DNA from: a virus
Lineage: Duplodnaviria; Caudoviricetes
Length of the DNA stretch: 64,000 nt
IMG/VR virus record: IMGVR_UViG_3300033073_001607
Location: 2,419 to 66,418 of that record
Strand: one strand, 5' to 3'
Within the stretch, counting starts at the first letter, position 1; every line of letters starts with the position of its first letter. The notes under the pieces were generated by a model, which was not told where the DNA came from, did no database searches, and saw only the letters and a program-made list of their open reading frames with translations. Both the position numbers and the translations under genes were made by a program. This document shows positions 26,087 through 35,380 of this stretch, piece after piece.

Positions 26087-28447
26087 CTACTGCGTGCGCT
26101 GCACGATGCCCGTAGATGCCGCGGCGCCGCCCGGCTTGCCGCCATCGCCACCGCCAGTCGGAGGCGGAACCCTGCCCATCATCTCGAGGTTCTTCGTGGC
26201 GACGACGATGGCGCGATTCATGGCCTCGAGCGCTTGCTCGCTCTGCTTGAGGCGGTCCTCACGCGACTTCTGGTATGCGGCGCTCTGGTCCATGTCGCTG
26301 AACACGCCGTCGTTACCAGTGGCAGCGCGCGCGATTGCTCCCACGGGGGTATACGACGCGGCCTTCCCGAGCAATCCGACGTACTCGATGGCCTCCATCG
26401 AGTTGACGCCAGCGCGCTCCTTCTCGACCTGCTTCTGCATCCGATCTCGTTCTGCGACGAGGTCATTGACCTTGCTCTTCGTCGTTCGGTCGCCTCGACG
26501 GACACCGGCGGCGTCCGAGTACGCTACGCCAGAGGCGCCGACCTCTTTGCTTACGTCGGCGGCCTGCTTCTGTGCGATCGTTTCGACTGCAATCATTGCC
26601 GAGGTCACGGCAATGGTCCCCGACGCGAGCACAAGGCCCCCCTTTGATCCAAGGCTGCTCTCGAGTGCGTTCTTGACAGCCATCCCGATGCCAGCCTCGG
26701 CCACACTCTTGCTGATCGACAGTGCCATTGTCGCACCCATTGCCGAGAGTGGATTGGAGCCCGCCCATTCCGCCATACGTACGAACGCCTCGAGCAATCG
26801 CTGGATGGTTGGCATCGCATCGCGCAACACCGGTACGAGCTTGGCCAGAGCGGGAAGGAGCTGCTCGCCGAATGCGATCTGAAGCTTCTTGATCTCGATC
26901 TCCGCTTGCTGTTCAGCGAGGATCCGTTTGTTCGCCGCCTCGACCTCATCCTCGCTGATGCCGCTGGTGTACTTGGCGAACTCGGCCTTGACCGCAGCCA
27001 TGCCCTTGTCGCCGCCACCCGCGTTCTTGTAGATGTTCGCGACACCCTCGAGCGGCTTCACGCCTCGATCTCCGAGCCCGAGGTGAGCGAGCTTGGTGAC
27101 GTCGCCGCCAGTCTTCTTCAGCATGTCGAGCAAGATCGACTGCGCGTCCTTGAGGTTGCCCTTATGGTCCGAGACGTCGATGCCGCCAGCCTTCAGCTTG
27201 TCGGCGTGCTTCGCCACGTCGGTGGAGAATCGGAGCGAACCAAGCGTGGCCTCCGCTGCCGTACCCGCTGAGCCGTACTGTCGCGCCATCTGAGACATCG
27301 CGCCGAGCGTGGCCTCGTTCTGCTCCTTATTGCCGCCGTACATCGACGCGCCCGCGGTGATTCGCGAGCCGTACTTCGCCATATCGGCGACCTCGACGCC
27401 ACCGACAACGCCTTGCTTGGCAAAGATCCTCATCTGTCGGTCGAGGTCTTTGTCTGCGATGTTCGGGTTTGCCGCGAGGATGTTGGCGGCCAGGCCGCTC
27501 ATCTCTTTGACGTCGCCGCCTGTCGCGGTGGAGAGCTTTGCGACTTTGCCGGCCACATTGGTCGCCTTCTCGACGTTGCCGGTGAGCTTCTTGATCTCGT
27601 CGATGGCGCCGAGCACGTCGGCCGGGTCGATGTTCTGCTCGACGCCGATGGCCTTCGCGCGTGCCAGGATCTCATTCGTGCCCATCGCTTTGCCAAGCGA
27701 TGCGTCGGCGCCCTTCTGACCTGCACCGGATAGGATCGTGTTCGCAGAGATGACGGCGGCCTTCTTGCGGAGGTTTGCCTCGCGCGTCACGGAGTCGGCG
27801 ATCGAGAATCCGCCGCCGAGCTGGCCGACCATGCCCGCGACGTGCATAGCGCCTCCGGCAATGGCGCTCACGCCACCGGTGAAGCCCTTGGCGATGCCGC
27901 CACCGATGCCTCGCTGGAACGCCTCGCGGTTGCGCTGCTGCTCTGCTGCCTGGGCCGAGGCGTAGCGACCAGCCATCGTCGCCGAGCGCTCGCGGATCTT
28001 CGCGCGGCTCTGAGCCGCTCGCTCCTCGCGCCGATCGTCCTCGCGGATAACGCGGTCGCGCTCCGCTTGCTGGCGCTTCTGCATCGCCATGAACTCGCGG
28101 TCCACGCGCTGCTGAATGCGGATTCGATCGTTGGCGCTCTTCTCCGCAGCCCTGACAGCGTCGCGCTCGGCCTTCTCCTCGGCTTTTGCGCGCTGGGCTG
28201 CTGCTCTGGTCACCTCGCGGACGGCGCGGTCCTGGGCCGACTTCGTGGCAGCATCGGCCTTGCGCATTGCCGCGACCTTCTCGCGAGCCTCACGCTCGGC
28301 AAGACTGACACGCTCGCGAGCTCCACGCTGAGCTACCGATGTCTGCGTCCTACCAGCTGCCGTCGCCGCCTGCTCCACCGTGCGAAAGGCACGTGTCACC
28401 TCCGGCATGCCGCGAAGGATGAAGTCGACGATGACAGGGGCCGGCAC
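26087..28447 (-). CDS. Tape measure protein
   Basis: 786 aa, Ala/Gly-rich helical; follows the tail chaperone; GAGGAG RBS. Confidence 0.9.
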   Translation of the reverse strand: MPAPVIVDFILRGMPEVTRAFRTVEQAATAAGRTQTSVAQRGARERVSLAEREAREKVAAMRKADAATKSAQDRAVREVTRAAAQRAKAEEKAERDAVRAAEKSANDRIRIQQRVDREFMAMQKRQQAERDRVIREDDRREERAAQSRAKIRERSATMAGRYASAQAAEQQRNREAFQRGIGGGIAKGFTGGVSAIAGGAMHVAGMVGQLGGGFSIADSVTREANLRKKAAVISANTILSGAGQKGADASLGKAMGTNEILARAKAIGVEQNIDPADVLGAIDEIKKLTGNVEKATNVAGKVAKLSTATGGDVKEMSGLAANILAANPNIADKDLDRQMRIFAKQGVVGGVEVADMAKYGSRITAGASMYGGNKEQNEATLGAMSQMARQYGSAGTAAEATLGSLRFSTDVAKHADKLKAGGIDVSDHKGNLKDAQSILLDMLKKTGGDVTKLAHLGLGDRGVKPLEGVANIYKNAGGGDKGMAAVKAEFAKYTSGISEDEVEAANKRILAEQQAEIEIKKLQIAFGEQLLPALAKLVPVLRDAMPTIQRLLEAFVRMAEWAGSNPLSAMGATMALSISKSVAEAGIGMAVKNALESSLGSKGGLVLASGTIAVTSAMIAVETIAQKQAADVSKEVGASGVAYSDAAGVRRGDRTTKSKVNDLVAERDRMQKQVEKERAGVNSMEAIEYVGLLGKAASYTPVGAIARAATGNDGVFSDMDQSAAYQKSREDRLKQSEQALEAMNRAIVVATKNLEMMGRVPPPTGGGDGGKPGGAAASTGIVQRTQ

Positions 28448-29151
28448 TAGACGGTCTCCTCGTTACTCGTTGCCTGCTCCTGGGGCTGGACCTCGACCGC
28501 GGCGTCCTTTTGCTCGAGGCTGGGACGCAGCTTCTCGAGTGCGTAGGAACTCACGTCGAGCGGCAAGCCAGCAGAGGACATGGCCGTCCAGCAGTTCGCA
28601 AGCCGGGAGGCCATAGAAAGCACTAGGGTCCTCTGCTGCTCCCAGGAGCATGAATCGAAAGGGAACGCGCTCCCTCCCTCGGCGATGCGTAGAATCATCG
28701 CCTCCATCTCCTCGTTCGTCATGTGGGCTCGGATGGGTCCGAGCTCTGACTGGATGGTGCAGTAGCCGTGGAACAGCACGCCAATCTCGTCAGTCGAGAA
28801 CTTCTCCCGCATGAGGCTCGGCGATGGGAAGGCCGGTCGCTTCTCGTTTTCTGCATCGCGACAGGCGCGGAAGAGCACCTGGATAGCCACCTCGTTCGAG
28901 TACGTGTGGTGGTACCCGAGGTTCGCTTCGTCCTTCTTTTGCGGATCCTTGAGCAGTTCCTTTGTGAACTTGTCAGCCGCGGCGTTCGCAGCCATCTGCT
29001 CCTCCTGCGTGAGCGGCCACACGAGGACCTCGCCGATCGGCTCGTCGGTGCCAGGCTTCAGGCGAGGCAGCGGCATCGTCCGCGACGGTCGCGGCAATGC
29101 CGTGAGCGCCAGCCACAGCGCCGACGGTTCGAGCTTCTCGGGTGCACTCAT
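28447..29151 (-). CDS. Tail assembly chaperone (G-like, 0-frame product)
   Basis: Lies between tube and tape measure genes; TGATG-coupled. Confidence 0.85.
   Translation of the reverse strand: MSAPEKLEPSALWLALTALPRPSRTMPLPRLKPGTDEPIGEVLVWPLTQEEQMAANAAADKFTKELLKDPQKKDEANLGYHHTYSNEVAIQVLFRACRDAENEKRPAFPSPSLMREKFSTDEIGVLFHGYCTIQSELGPIRAHMTNEEMEAMILRIAEGGSAFPFDSCSWEQQRTLVLSMASRLANCWTAMSSAGLPLDVSSYALEKLRPSLEQKDAAVEVQPQEQATSNEETV
28463..28663 (-). CDS. -1 frameshift extension (GT-like) of the tail chaperone
   Basis: Slippery C-CCU-UUC at 28657-28663, in frame with an open -1 frame (PFRFMLLGAAEDPSAFYGLPACELLDGH...). Confidence 0.75.
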   Translation of the reverse strand, partial: PFRFMLLGAAEDPSAFYGLPACELLDGHVLCWLAARREFLRTREAASQPRAKGRRGRGPAPGAGNE

Positions 29152-29528
29152 CACGACTCGTAGTCAGCGAATCCGCCGCGGAACGTGAAGTCGAGCATGC
29201 TCTCGTTGTTCACGCTGTGCTTGAACGAATCGGAGATGATGAAGCCTCGAGCCGTGAGCTGCTTGCCCGCGACGAGCACGCCGATCTCGACGTCCTTCAG
29301 GTTCTTCATGAACCGACCGGGGTTGAGTTCGAAGTCAGACGACGGCACCGCGCTCGAGACCTGGATCTCGACCGACGGCGCGCCTGGCGACTCACCCGCG
29401 TAGCCCTTGGCCACGGTGTTCACGGCCTGGCTGTTCGTCGCTCGGTTGACGGTGACGCTGGCCTCTTCGGTGAGGATCGCGCCGTCCACGAGGACATACG
29501 CGAGCGTGTAGAGCTGAAGACCGCTCAT
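29151..29528 (-). CDS. Tail tube protein
   Basis: 125 aa, directly after the sheath gene. Confidence 0.85.
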   Translation of the reverse strand: MSGLQLYTLAYVLVDGAILTEEASVTVNRATNSQAVNTVAKGYAGESPGAPSVEIQVSSAVPSSDFELNPGRFMKNLKDVEIGVLVAGKQLTARGFIISDSFKHSVNNESMLDFTFRGGFADYES

Positions 29529-29573
29529 GTGTTCATCGCGTCAGCCGACGCGCTCCTTTTTGGTTGTTGGGAC

Positions 29574-29643
29574 AAAGAAAAAAGGCGCCCGGAAGCGACT
29601 CCTCTCCGGGAGGGGGAGAGAGAGGAGAAGCCTCCGGGCGCCC
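29574..29643 (-). terminator. Long-stem intrinsic terminator between sheath and tube genes
   Basis: GGCGCCCGGAGGC...CTCCTCTC / GAGAGGAG...GCTTCCGGGCGCC followed by TTTTTTCTTT. Confidence 0.7.
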
Positions 29644-29676
29644 AGGGGTTGCCTTGCGCCGCGAGTGCGGTGTGGG

Positions 29677-31206
29677 TTACTCGACTTGGTCGAGGGCAAT
29701 CGCGAACTGCAGGGCGTTGTCGATGGGTCGCAGCGGGATCCTCGCGCTCATGCGCGTTCCCGGCGTGGTCTCACGCTGCACGATGGTCCCAGCCTTGATG
29801 ACCGGCACGTCTTGGAGCAGGTCGTTCAGGTCGTAGACGTCGATGAGGCCGAAGATGGCGCCTTTGAAGATGCGTGGAGTGACGACGAGCGGACCGGGTG
29901 CACGAGCACCATCCGCAGGATCGTCGGCGATGCGCTTCCCTGCGAAGTTGAGCGACGCCTTGGCAAGCAGGTCGTCACCGAAGAAGTCGCAGATCGTGAC
30001 CTTGTGAGCGTCGCGGATCCGGTAGTCGTTGTTCGATCCGTTGAGCGACCGTGTGGTGATGCGGTTGACGAGGTACGTCGAGCCGTTCGGGTTGACGCCG
30101 ATGGGAGACACACCGTTGTTGAGTGCGCTCTTGATGTTCGTCCGCGACGGGATGGCGCTGTCGAGGCGAGGTCGCGGGACGAGATGGAAGGGCGCGGTCA
30201 CGGCGTCGTTGCCGAAGCCTGCGAAGTTCGTCCGCGGGTTCGGCTTCGTCTCGAAGAGCGTTACCTTCGCCGCGTGGTCGGCTGCGAGTTCTGCGGGCGT
30301 CCACGGCGACTTCTCGCTCCACACGATCTCCGCTCGCGCCGCATTGCGACCGGTGGCGAGCGTGTTGGTGTTCGAGATGGTGTCGGTGGAGCCTGCGATG
30401 GCGCGCTGGCGAATGCCAGTCGTCGGCAGAGCCTGCGTTCCGATCTGCGTGACGAGCGCTCCGAACTGGGTGGCGTCGTTCGCCGCGCTGACGATGTAGT
30501 AGTAGCGGCTCGGGTTGATGGTCGAGAGCGCCGTGGTGCTGCTGTCAGCAGTGGTACCGCCAGCCATCGCGAGGTCAGTCGCCGTCGGGACGGACATGCC
30601 GATCGACGGGGAGATCTGCGGCATGTAGCGGATGTCGTTGCCGCGCGTGCCCTTCTGCTTTGCCGTCAGCGTGACGAAGCCCCAGATGCCGGTGGCCGTT
30701 CCCGCTGCCGTGACAGGCCAGTGGGTCTTCTTGTTGATCTCCGTCGCCATCTCGGTCGCGATGTCGCTCGAGATGTCGAGGTTGTCGATCGAGATCTCGG
30801 CGTACTCCTCGTCGAGGTAGATCCGCGCAGAGCCTGCCGCTGTGGCGGTGCCGACGAAGCGAATGGTGCCGGTCGCCTGCGCGCCAGCGGACTCAGTGAC
30901 CGCGATGGCCCTGAGGGTCGTGTCGCGGTTGATCTTCGTGAAGCGTCGGAACATCCGGTGGAGCTCGGAGCCAGCGCCGAAGAGGTTGATCGCGTCCGTC
31001 TCCGTCTGGAGCTGCACGATCGAGTCGGGGCCATACACGACGGTGTCAACCGTCGCCGAGCCTGCGGACGTCTTGTTGCCGACGAGGAGGACCTCGATGG
31101 GAGTGCCAGAGCCGGCGGCGTCGCCTTGGGCGAAGTTGACCTCGAGGTATGCACCGGGAACCGGATCGTTTGCCGCGAGACCGGTGAGCGAAATCGAGCC
31201 GGGCAT
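29677..31206 (-). CDS. Contractile tail sheath protein (Mu gpL-like)
   Basis: VPGAYLEVNFAQG, LFGAGSELHRMF, LTAKQKGTRGND, LNNGVSPI, RITTRS motifs. Confidence 0.93.
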   Translation of the reverse strand: MPGSISLTGLAANDPVPGAYLEVNFAQGDAAGSGTPIEVLLVGNKTSAGSATVDTVVYGPDSIVQLQTETDAINLFGAGSELHRMFRRFTKINRDTTLRAIAVTESAGAQATGTIRFVGTATAAGSARIYLDEEYAEISIDNLDISSDIATEMATEINKKTHWPVTAAGTATGIWGFVTLTAKQKGTRGNDIRYMPQISPSIGMSVPTATDLAMAGGTTADSSTTALSTINPSRYYYIVSAANDATQFGALVTQIGTQALPTTGIRQRAIAGSTDTISNTNTLATGRNAARAEIVWSEKSPWTPAELAADHAAKVTLFETKPNPRTNFAGFGNDAVTAPFHLVPRPRLDSAIPSRTNIKSALNNGVSPIGVNPNGSTYLVNRITTRSLNGSNNDYRIRDAHKVTICDFFGDDLLAKASLNFAGKRIADDPADGARAPGPLVVTPRIFKGAIFGLIDVYDLNDLLQDVPVIKAGTIVQRETTPGTRMSARIPLRPIDNALQFAIALDQVE

Positions 31207-31586
31207 CAGACGTCACCCTTTCCGCCGGACTTTTCCGGCTTCTTCGGCTCAGCCGGAGGCGCCTTTGCGACCTCGGCAGCGGCCTTCTTCTCGCGGAACG
31301 CCTTGATGGTCTCGGTCGTCTCGGCGTCGAAAGCCTCCGAGAACGCAACACCGCAGGCCGTGGCGGTCACCTCATCGGCGGGCCAGAGATCGCCATCGCG
31401 AACGGCCTTCACGAGGTCTGGATGGGAGGCCATCGCCTGCGGCTCGCCAGTGGGGCACCACGCCCAGCGACCGGGGAGCACTTCCTGCCAGCGGCGACCA
31501 ACGAATCGGCGGATCCCACGCTCTTGTGCGTGCGGATCTGTGACCAACGCGCTGCCTCGCGCGTAGAAACGGAGCCTGTTGTCCAT
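31206..31586 (-). CDS. Hypothetical protein (Mu gp38-like position)
   Basis: Coupled to the sheath start; LVKAVRDGDLWP motif. Confidence 0.7.
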   Translation of the reverse strand: MDNRLRFYARGSALVTDPHAQERGIRRFVGRRWQEVLPGRWAWCPTGEPQAMASHPDLVKAVRDGDLWPADEVTATACGVAFSEAFDAETTETIKAFREKKAAAEVAKAPPAEPKKPEKSGGKGDV

Positions 31587-31594
31587 GTGTCCTC

Positions 31595-32587
31595 TCAGGG
31601 CGCGGTGAAGGTGAACGCGTCTTCGACTGCTGCTGACGCCTGGCCGTCGGCGCCGATGACGCGCACATCAACGGCGAGCGATGGCTGCGCCGCTGCGTAT
31701 TCGGGCGTGAGGCACGTGATGCGCCTCGGGTGAGTGACCTGGACGCTCGACGCATAGGCCCCGCCGAACATGACGAGCGGTGTGGTCCCGAGTCGGAAGT
31801 TCCGGCCGAAGATCTCGACGGGGGTGCCGCCCTGCTTCGTCCCGGCCATGGGCTGCACGTCGTCAACGATGGGCGGTGCGCCGATGTCGATCTGAACGAT
31901 GTCCGGTTCGACTGCGCCGGCGTGGTCGACAGAGTCGACGTTGATCGCCGCGCCCTCGTAGTTCTTGAGCGCTCCATCGGCGAGCTCGTCGCGTTCGAGC
32001 ACGAGCAGCTTGCCGGTGACCGCACGCCACCACTTGTCGAGTTGCCCATCGACGGCCTCGAAGCCGCCGTAGCGGACCGACTGGGCCTGCATCTTCTGGA
32101 TGCCGGACAGGTCGCGGAGGGTGGCACCGTTCGCGTAGTTGACGTCGCAGCTCTGGTTCGCTGCTGTCGAGATGACGACGCCGACCGAGCGCAAGATCGC
32201 CGACAGTTGCTCGATCTGCCGCGGCGTCATTGGAGGGAGGACGTACGCCCACTCCCAGACCGAAGCGCTCCGATGGTAGGCGGCGTTGACCTCCACCCAC
32301 GTCTCCTCGCTGCGGTACAGACAGAAGAGGGGGAAGGAGAACTGGTCAGCGAGCAGGAAGGGCGTCGGCTCGAAGTGGATGACCTTCTCCACCGCCGATG
32401 GGAAGCTCAGATCCTCGAGCGCTGCCTGGGCGAGCAGTCGAGGTCCGACGTATGTGTTGAGCACCGACTCGAAGAGCTCGGCTGCGTAGTAGAGTGGCGG
32501 ATCCGCATCCCGCAGGAGCGAGTTGGTGGTCGTGTCCTCGAGCGGGTACGTGACCCCGCCGTGCTGCCACTTCCCGACGAACGGCAT
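31595..32587 (-). CDS. Tail terminator/neck protein with C-terminal IPT/TIG Ig-like domain
   Basis: FPLFCLYR core; VDDVQPMAGTKQGGTPVEIFGRNF...AFTFT IPT signature. Confidence 0.7.
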   Translation of the reverse strand: MPFVGKWQHGGVTYPLEDTTTNSLLRDADPPLYYAAELFESVLNTYVGPRLLAQAALEDLSFPSAVEKVIHFEPTPFLLADQFSFPLFCLYRSEETWVEVNAAYHRSASVWEWAYVLPPMTPRQIEQLSAILRSVGVVISTAANQSCDVNYANGATLRDLSGIQKMQAQSVRYGGFEAVDGQLDKWWRAVTGKLLVLERDELADGALKNYEGAAINVDSVDHAGAVEPDIVQIDIGAPPIVDDVQPMAGTKQGGTPVEIFGRNFRLGTTPLVMFGGAYASSVQVTHPRRITCLTPEYAAAQPSLAVDVRVIGADGQASAAVEDAFTFTAP

Positions 32588-32593
32588 ATGACC

Positions 32594-33034
32594 TCAGCGG
32601 AAAGCGTTGGCGGCGGCGCGCTCGACGGCGTTGACGAAGGCCTGCTCGGTCTCGTGCGTCGCACGCTCGAGGAAGTTCGTTGGCTTCGTTCCTGGGTGAT
32701 TGACCCCGCGTCGGAAGCGAACCGCGCCGGCATGGACGAAGCGGAGCGTCTTCGCCCGACGTGCCTCGATGCGGTGTGGCTTGGTCCCGTACTCGACGTA
32801 GGCGGCGTGACCGGCCGTCGCCGAGACGAACTGCACCCACGGCCCCCGCTCGCCGCGGACGATGCTGCGTCGGAGTTGGCCACTCTGGTCCTTGAACGCC
32901 TGCGTCGCTCGAGCGTTGCGTAGCGCGAGGGCCACGCTCTGGCCGAGTGCTTGGCGAGCGTTCGCTTGGAACTGGTCGTGTGCGCTGTGCAGCCAGGTGA
33001 AGAACCCACGCGTGTCGAGCTGGATGTCGATCAT
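32594..33034 (-). CDS. HK97 gp10-like tail-completion protein
   Basis: SGQLRRSI, AAYVEYGT, HPGTKPTNFL motifs. Confidence 0.82.
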   Translation of the reverse strand: MIDIQLDTRGFFTWLHSAHDQFQANARQALGQSVALALRNARATQAFKDQSGQLRRSIVRGERGPWVQFVSATAGHAAYVEYGTKPHRIEARRAKTLRFVHAGAVRFRRGVNHPGTKPTNFLERATHETEQAFVNAVERAAANAFR

Positions 33035-33525
33035 GAGAAGTCGCTCATGTCGCCCCAGCGGGGCTCGGGAAGGTCGCCGTCGTTGGGGTCCGATCCGAAG
33101 ACCTCGCCGCCGGTCGTTGCGTGGTGCGCGGTGGATGCCGGCACCTGTTGGACCGACGCGGCGTAGCGCTTCATCTGCGCGACGGCCTGCTCGTAGTAGA
33201 CGGTCCACGGCTGCTCGCCCATGGCCTTCACGACGTCGGGCCTGCGCCGCATCGAGTAGGCGATCCCGAAGTCGAGTGCGGCGAACTTCACCTCGTTCGG
33301 AACGGTCTCGAGGGGGAACGCGATGGCACCTGTCCCGATCGGCTGCTGAAGTGCGCCACGAAGGAACGAGTCGCACATGGCACCGGCGTACGCGATGCAC
33401 GCAGCGACGGCAGTAACCGCCGCACCAGTCGCGACGCTGCCGCTGTGGTTGTCGTCGTAGATCGCACGGACGATCGGCGTGCCGAGGGCACTCTCAAGGT
33501 CAGACCTCGAGAAGTAGTCAGCCAT
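33031..33525 (-). CDS. Head-tail adaptor (Mu gp36/DUF1320-like)
   Basis: YFSRSDL...DSFLRG...VPNEVK...Y..A pattern. Confidence 0.8.
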   Translation of the reverse strand: MADYFSRSDLESALGTPIVRAIYDDNHSGSVATGAAVTAVAACIAYAGAMCDSFLRGALQQPIGTGAIAFPLETVPNEVKFAALDFGIAYSMRRRPDVVKAMGEQPWTVYYEQAVAQMKRYAASVQQVPASTAHHATTGGEVFGSDPNDGDLPEPRWGDMSDFS

Positions 33526-33793
33526 CGACCCGCTCGAGACAGACGATCTTCGACGCGTCGTCGATCCGCATCATGAGCACGGTGCCCGGCTCGTAGGTCT
33601 TCCCGTTGTGCTGGAGCGTTCCGTGCGGCCAGACGCGGTACGTGGCTTTGACGGGTGGCTCCGGGGGAGGAGGAGGCGGTGCCGGAGGCTGGACGGCTGC
33701 CACCGGCTGCGTCGTTGGCTTGGGAGCAGGCTCCGAGACCGCAGCCTCGGGAGCCCGCTCCTCAGCCTGGAGTGTGCGCTTGACGGCAGCCAT
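33518..33793 (-). CDS. Hypothetical protein with Pro-rich linker
   Basis: Follows the capsid gene; LQHNGKTYEPG motif. Confidence 0.7.
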   Translation of the reverse strand: MAAVKRTLQAEERAPEAAVSEPAPKPTTQPVAAVQPPAPPPPPPEPPVKATYRVWPHGTLQHNGKTYEPGTVLMMRIDDASKIVCLERVDG

Positions 33794-33802
33794 GCGTCAC
33801 CG

Positions 33803-34909
33803 TCACGCCGACGTCGCGGACTTGATGAGGTAGCCGGCCGACGAGGCGACGATCTTCGCGTCCTCGCTGACGGCGACCTTGGCATAGTGTCCGCCCTTCT
33901 TGCCCGTCGTCGCATCGAACCACTCGGTCGTGACCGGGTCGTCCACGCTGCGGAAGATCGAGGCGAAGGACGCCATACGCTTCGAGGGACGAGTCGCGAC
34001 GCGGACGATGCCGAAGTCGAGGCCCCAGATGCGCGAGTAGCTCGCCGTCTGACCTTCGTTTGCGGTCTGCTTGCGCGCCGCGCCGATGAAGAGGTCCGAC
34101 AGGCCGAGGTAGTTCGCGATCTGCGCCCGGTTGAGCAGGCCGTTCTGCGTGTACTTCTGGATGTCGAGGAGCATCGGGTGCCGCGAGAGGACGTTGAAGA
34201 CCTCGAGCGAGCAGAAGCCGACGATCTTGGTCGCACCTGGGCCGTTCCAGAGCGCCGCGATGCCGGTCTGGATGTCCTTGATGGGGTTGCCACCGGTGGA
34301 GCTGTCCCACTGGTTCGAGCCAGACAGCGTCGTCGAGCTGTCGTAGTTCGCCGCCGTGGTGAGGAGGGTCGCCAGGCGGAGCTCGCGACGGAAGGCGATG
34401 CCCTCGTTGATCGCCTCGATGAGGTCCACGCGCTCGTCGAACGCGGGATCCTGGTTGTCGAGGGTGTCCTGGGACAGGAAGTTCTGGTAGCCGTAGTCGA
34501 GCAGCGAGTAGGTGTCGCTCGTGCGCGACTCGCTGATCTCGTTGGCGTGTGCCCGCTCGCCGAGGAGGTCCGAGGGGTACTCGAACCGCTCGCGCTTCGG
34601 GTAGATGGCGAACTTGTCGGTCTTCTTGTTGACCGGCACGGCCATCACGAGGCGCTCTCCGATGTACTCGTCGTTCGTGTACATCACCGACATGTTGTTG
34701 AAGAACGTGTCGGAGTGAACGGAGCTGGGCGACACGCCGCGCACCTGGAGGCGGTAGGTCTCGTCCAGCGCCTTGCGGACAGCCGAATCCGACGTCTTCT
34801 CGCGATACGCCGCCATGAAGCGTTCGTAGCGCTCGCGCTTTTCGGAGCGCTGGTTGAGCACGATGTCTGCCATCGTGAACTGACGGGGCGAGTTCTCGGA
34901 GGTCGTCAT
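33803..34909 (-). CDS. Major capsid protein
   Basis: 368 aa after the decoration gene; YIGERLVMAVPV, WDSSTGGNPIKDI, AGYLIKSA; AAGAAGGA RBS. Confidence 0.88.
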   Translation of the reverse strand: MTTSENSPRQFTMADIVLNQRSEKRERYERFMAAYREKTSDSAVRKALDETYRLQVRGVSPSSVHSDTFFNNMSVMYTNDEYIGERLVMAVPVNKKTDKFAIYPKRERFEYPSDLLGERAHANEISESRTSDTYSLLDYGYQNFLSQDTLDNQDPAFDERVDLIEAINEGIAFRRELRLATLLTTAANYDSSTTLSGSNQWDSSTGGNPIKDIQTGIAALWNGPGATKIVGFCSLEVFNVLSRHPMLLDIQKYTQNGLLNRAQIANYLGLSDLFIGAARKQTANEGQTASYSRIWGLDFGIVRVATRPSKRMASFASIFRSVDDPVTTEWFDATTGKKGGHYAKVAVSEDAKIVASSAGYLIKSATSA

Positions 34910-34937
34910 GGTCGTTGTCCTTCTTGGAGTTGGTGGG

Positions 34938-35348
34938 TCACGCGCAGCCGGCGGCGAACGCGCCCAACGCGAGCTCGACGAAGTCGTTGTCGACGCCGCT
35001 CTCGATGAACTGGCCGACGAGGTACTTGACGGTGGTGCCGCCGCCGATCGTCTGGTTCTCGAAGCCGTCGGTGCCGGCGATGGCGTACTCGCCACGCGTC
35101 GCGGTACCGCTCGCCTTCACGCGGAGCGTCCCGCCTCGAGCGAGGGCCACGCGGACACGCGAGGTGCCCGAGGTGTTGCCGGTGACGGTCTCGTCGGCGA
35201 CGCCGATGACCTTGCTGTTGGCCACGGCGACGTCGACCTCGTTGGCGGCGGAGATGTAGACGCCGACACCCTTCACGATCGCGGCGCTGGCCTTGACGTT
35301 GAAGGTGGCGAACGTAACGCCATTCGGCTTGGATCCTGCGGTGCTCAT
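34938..35348 (-). CDS. Capsid decoration/cement protein (DUF2190-like)
   Basis: Small Ala/Gly/Val-rich beta protein, IGVADET...GGTLRVKA. Confidence 0.75.
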   Translation of the reverse strand: MSTAGSKPNGVTFATFNVKASAAIVKGVGVYISAANEVDVAVANSKVIGVADETVTGNTSGTSRVRVALARGGTLRVKASGTATRGEYAIAGTDGFENQTIGGGTTVKYLVGQFIESGVDNDFVELALGAFAAGCA

Positions 35349-35380
35349 CGGTTCTTACCTTTCGCGTCCTGGAGTTGCGC

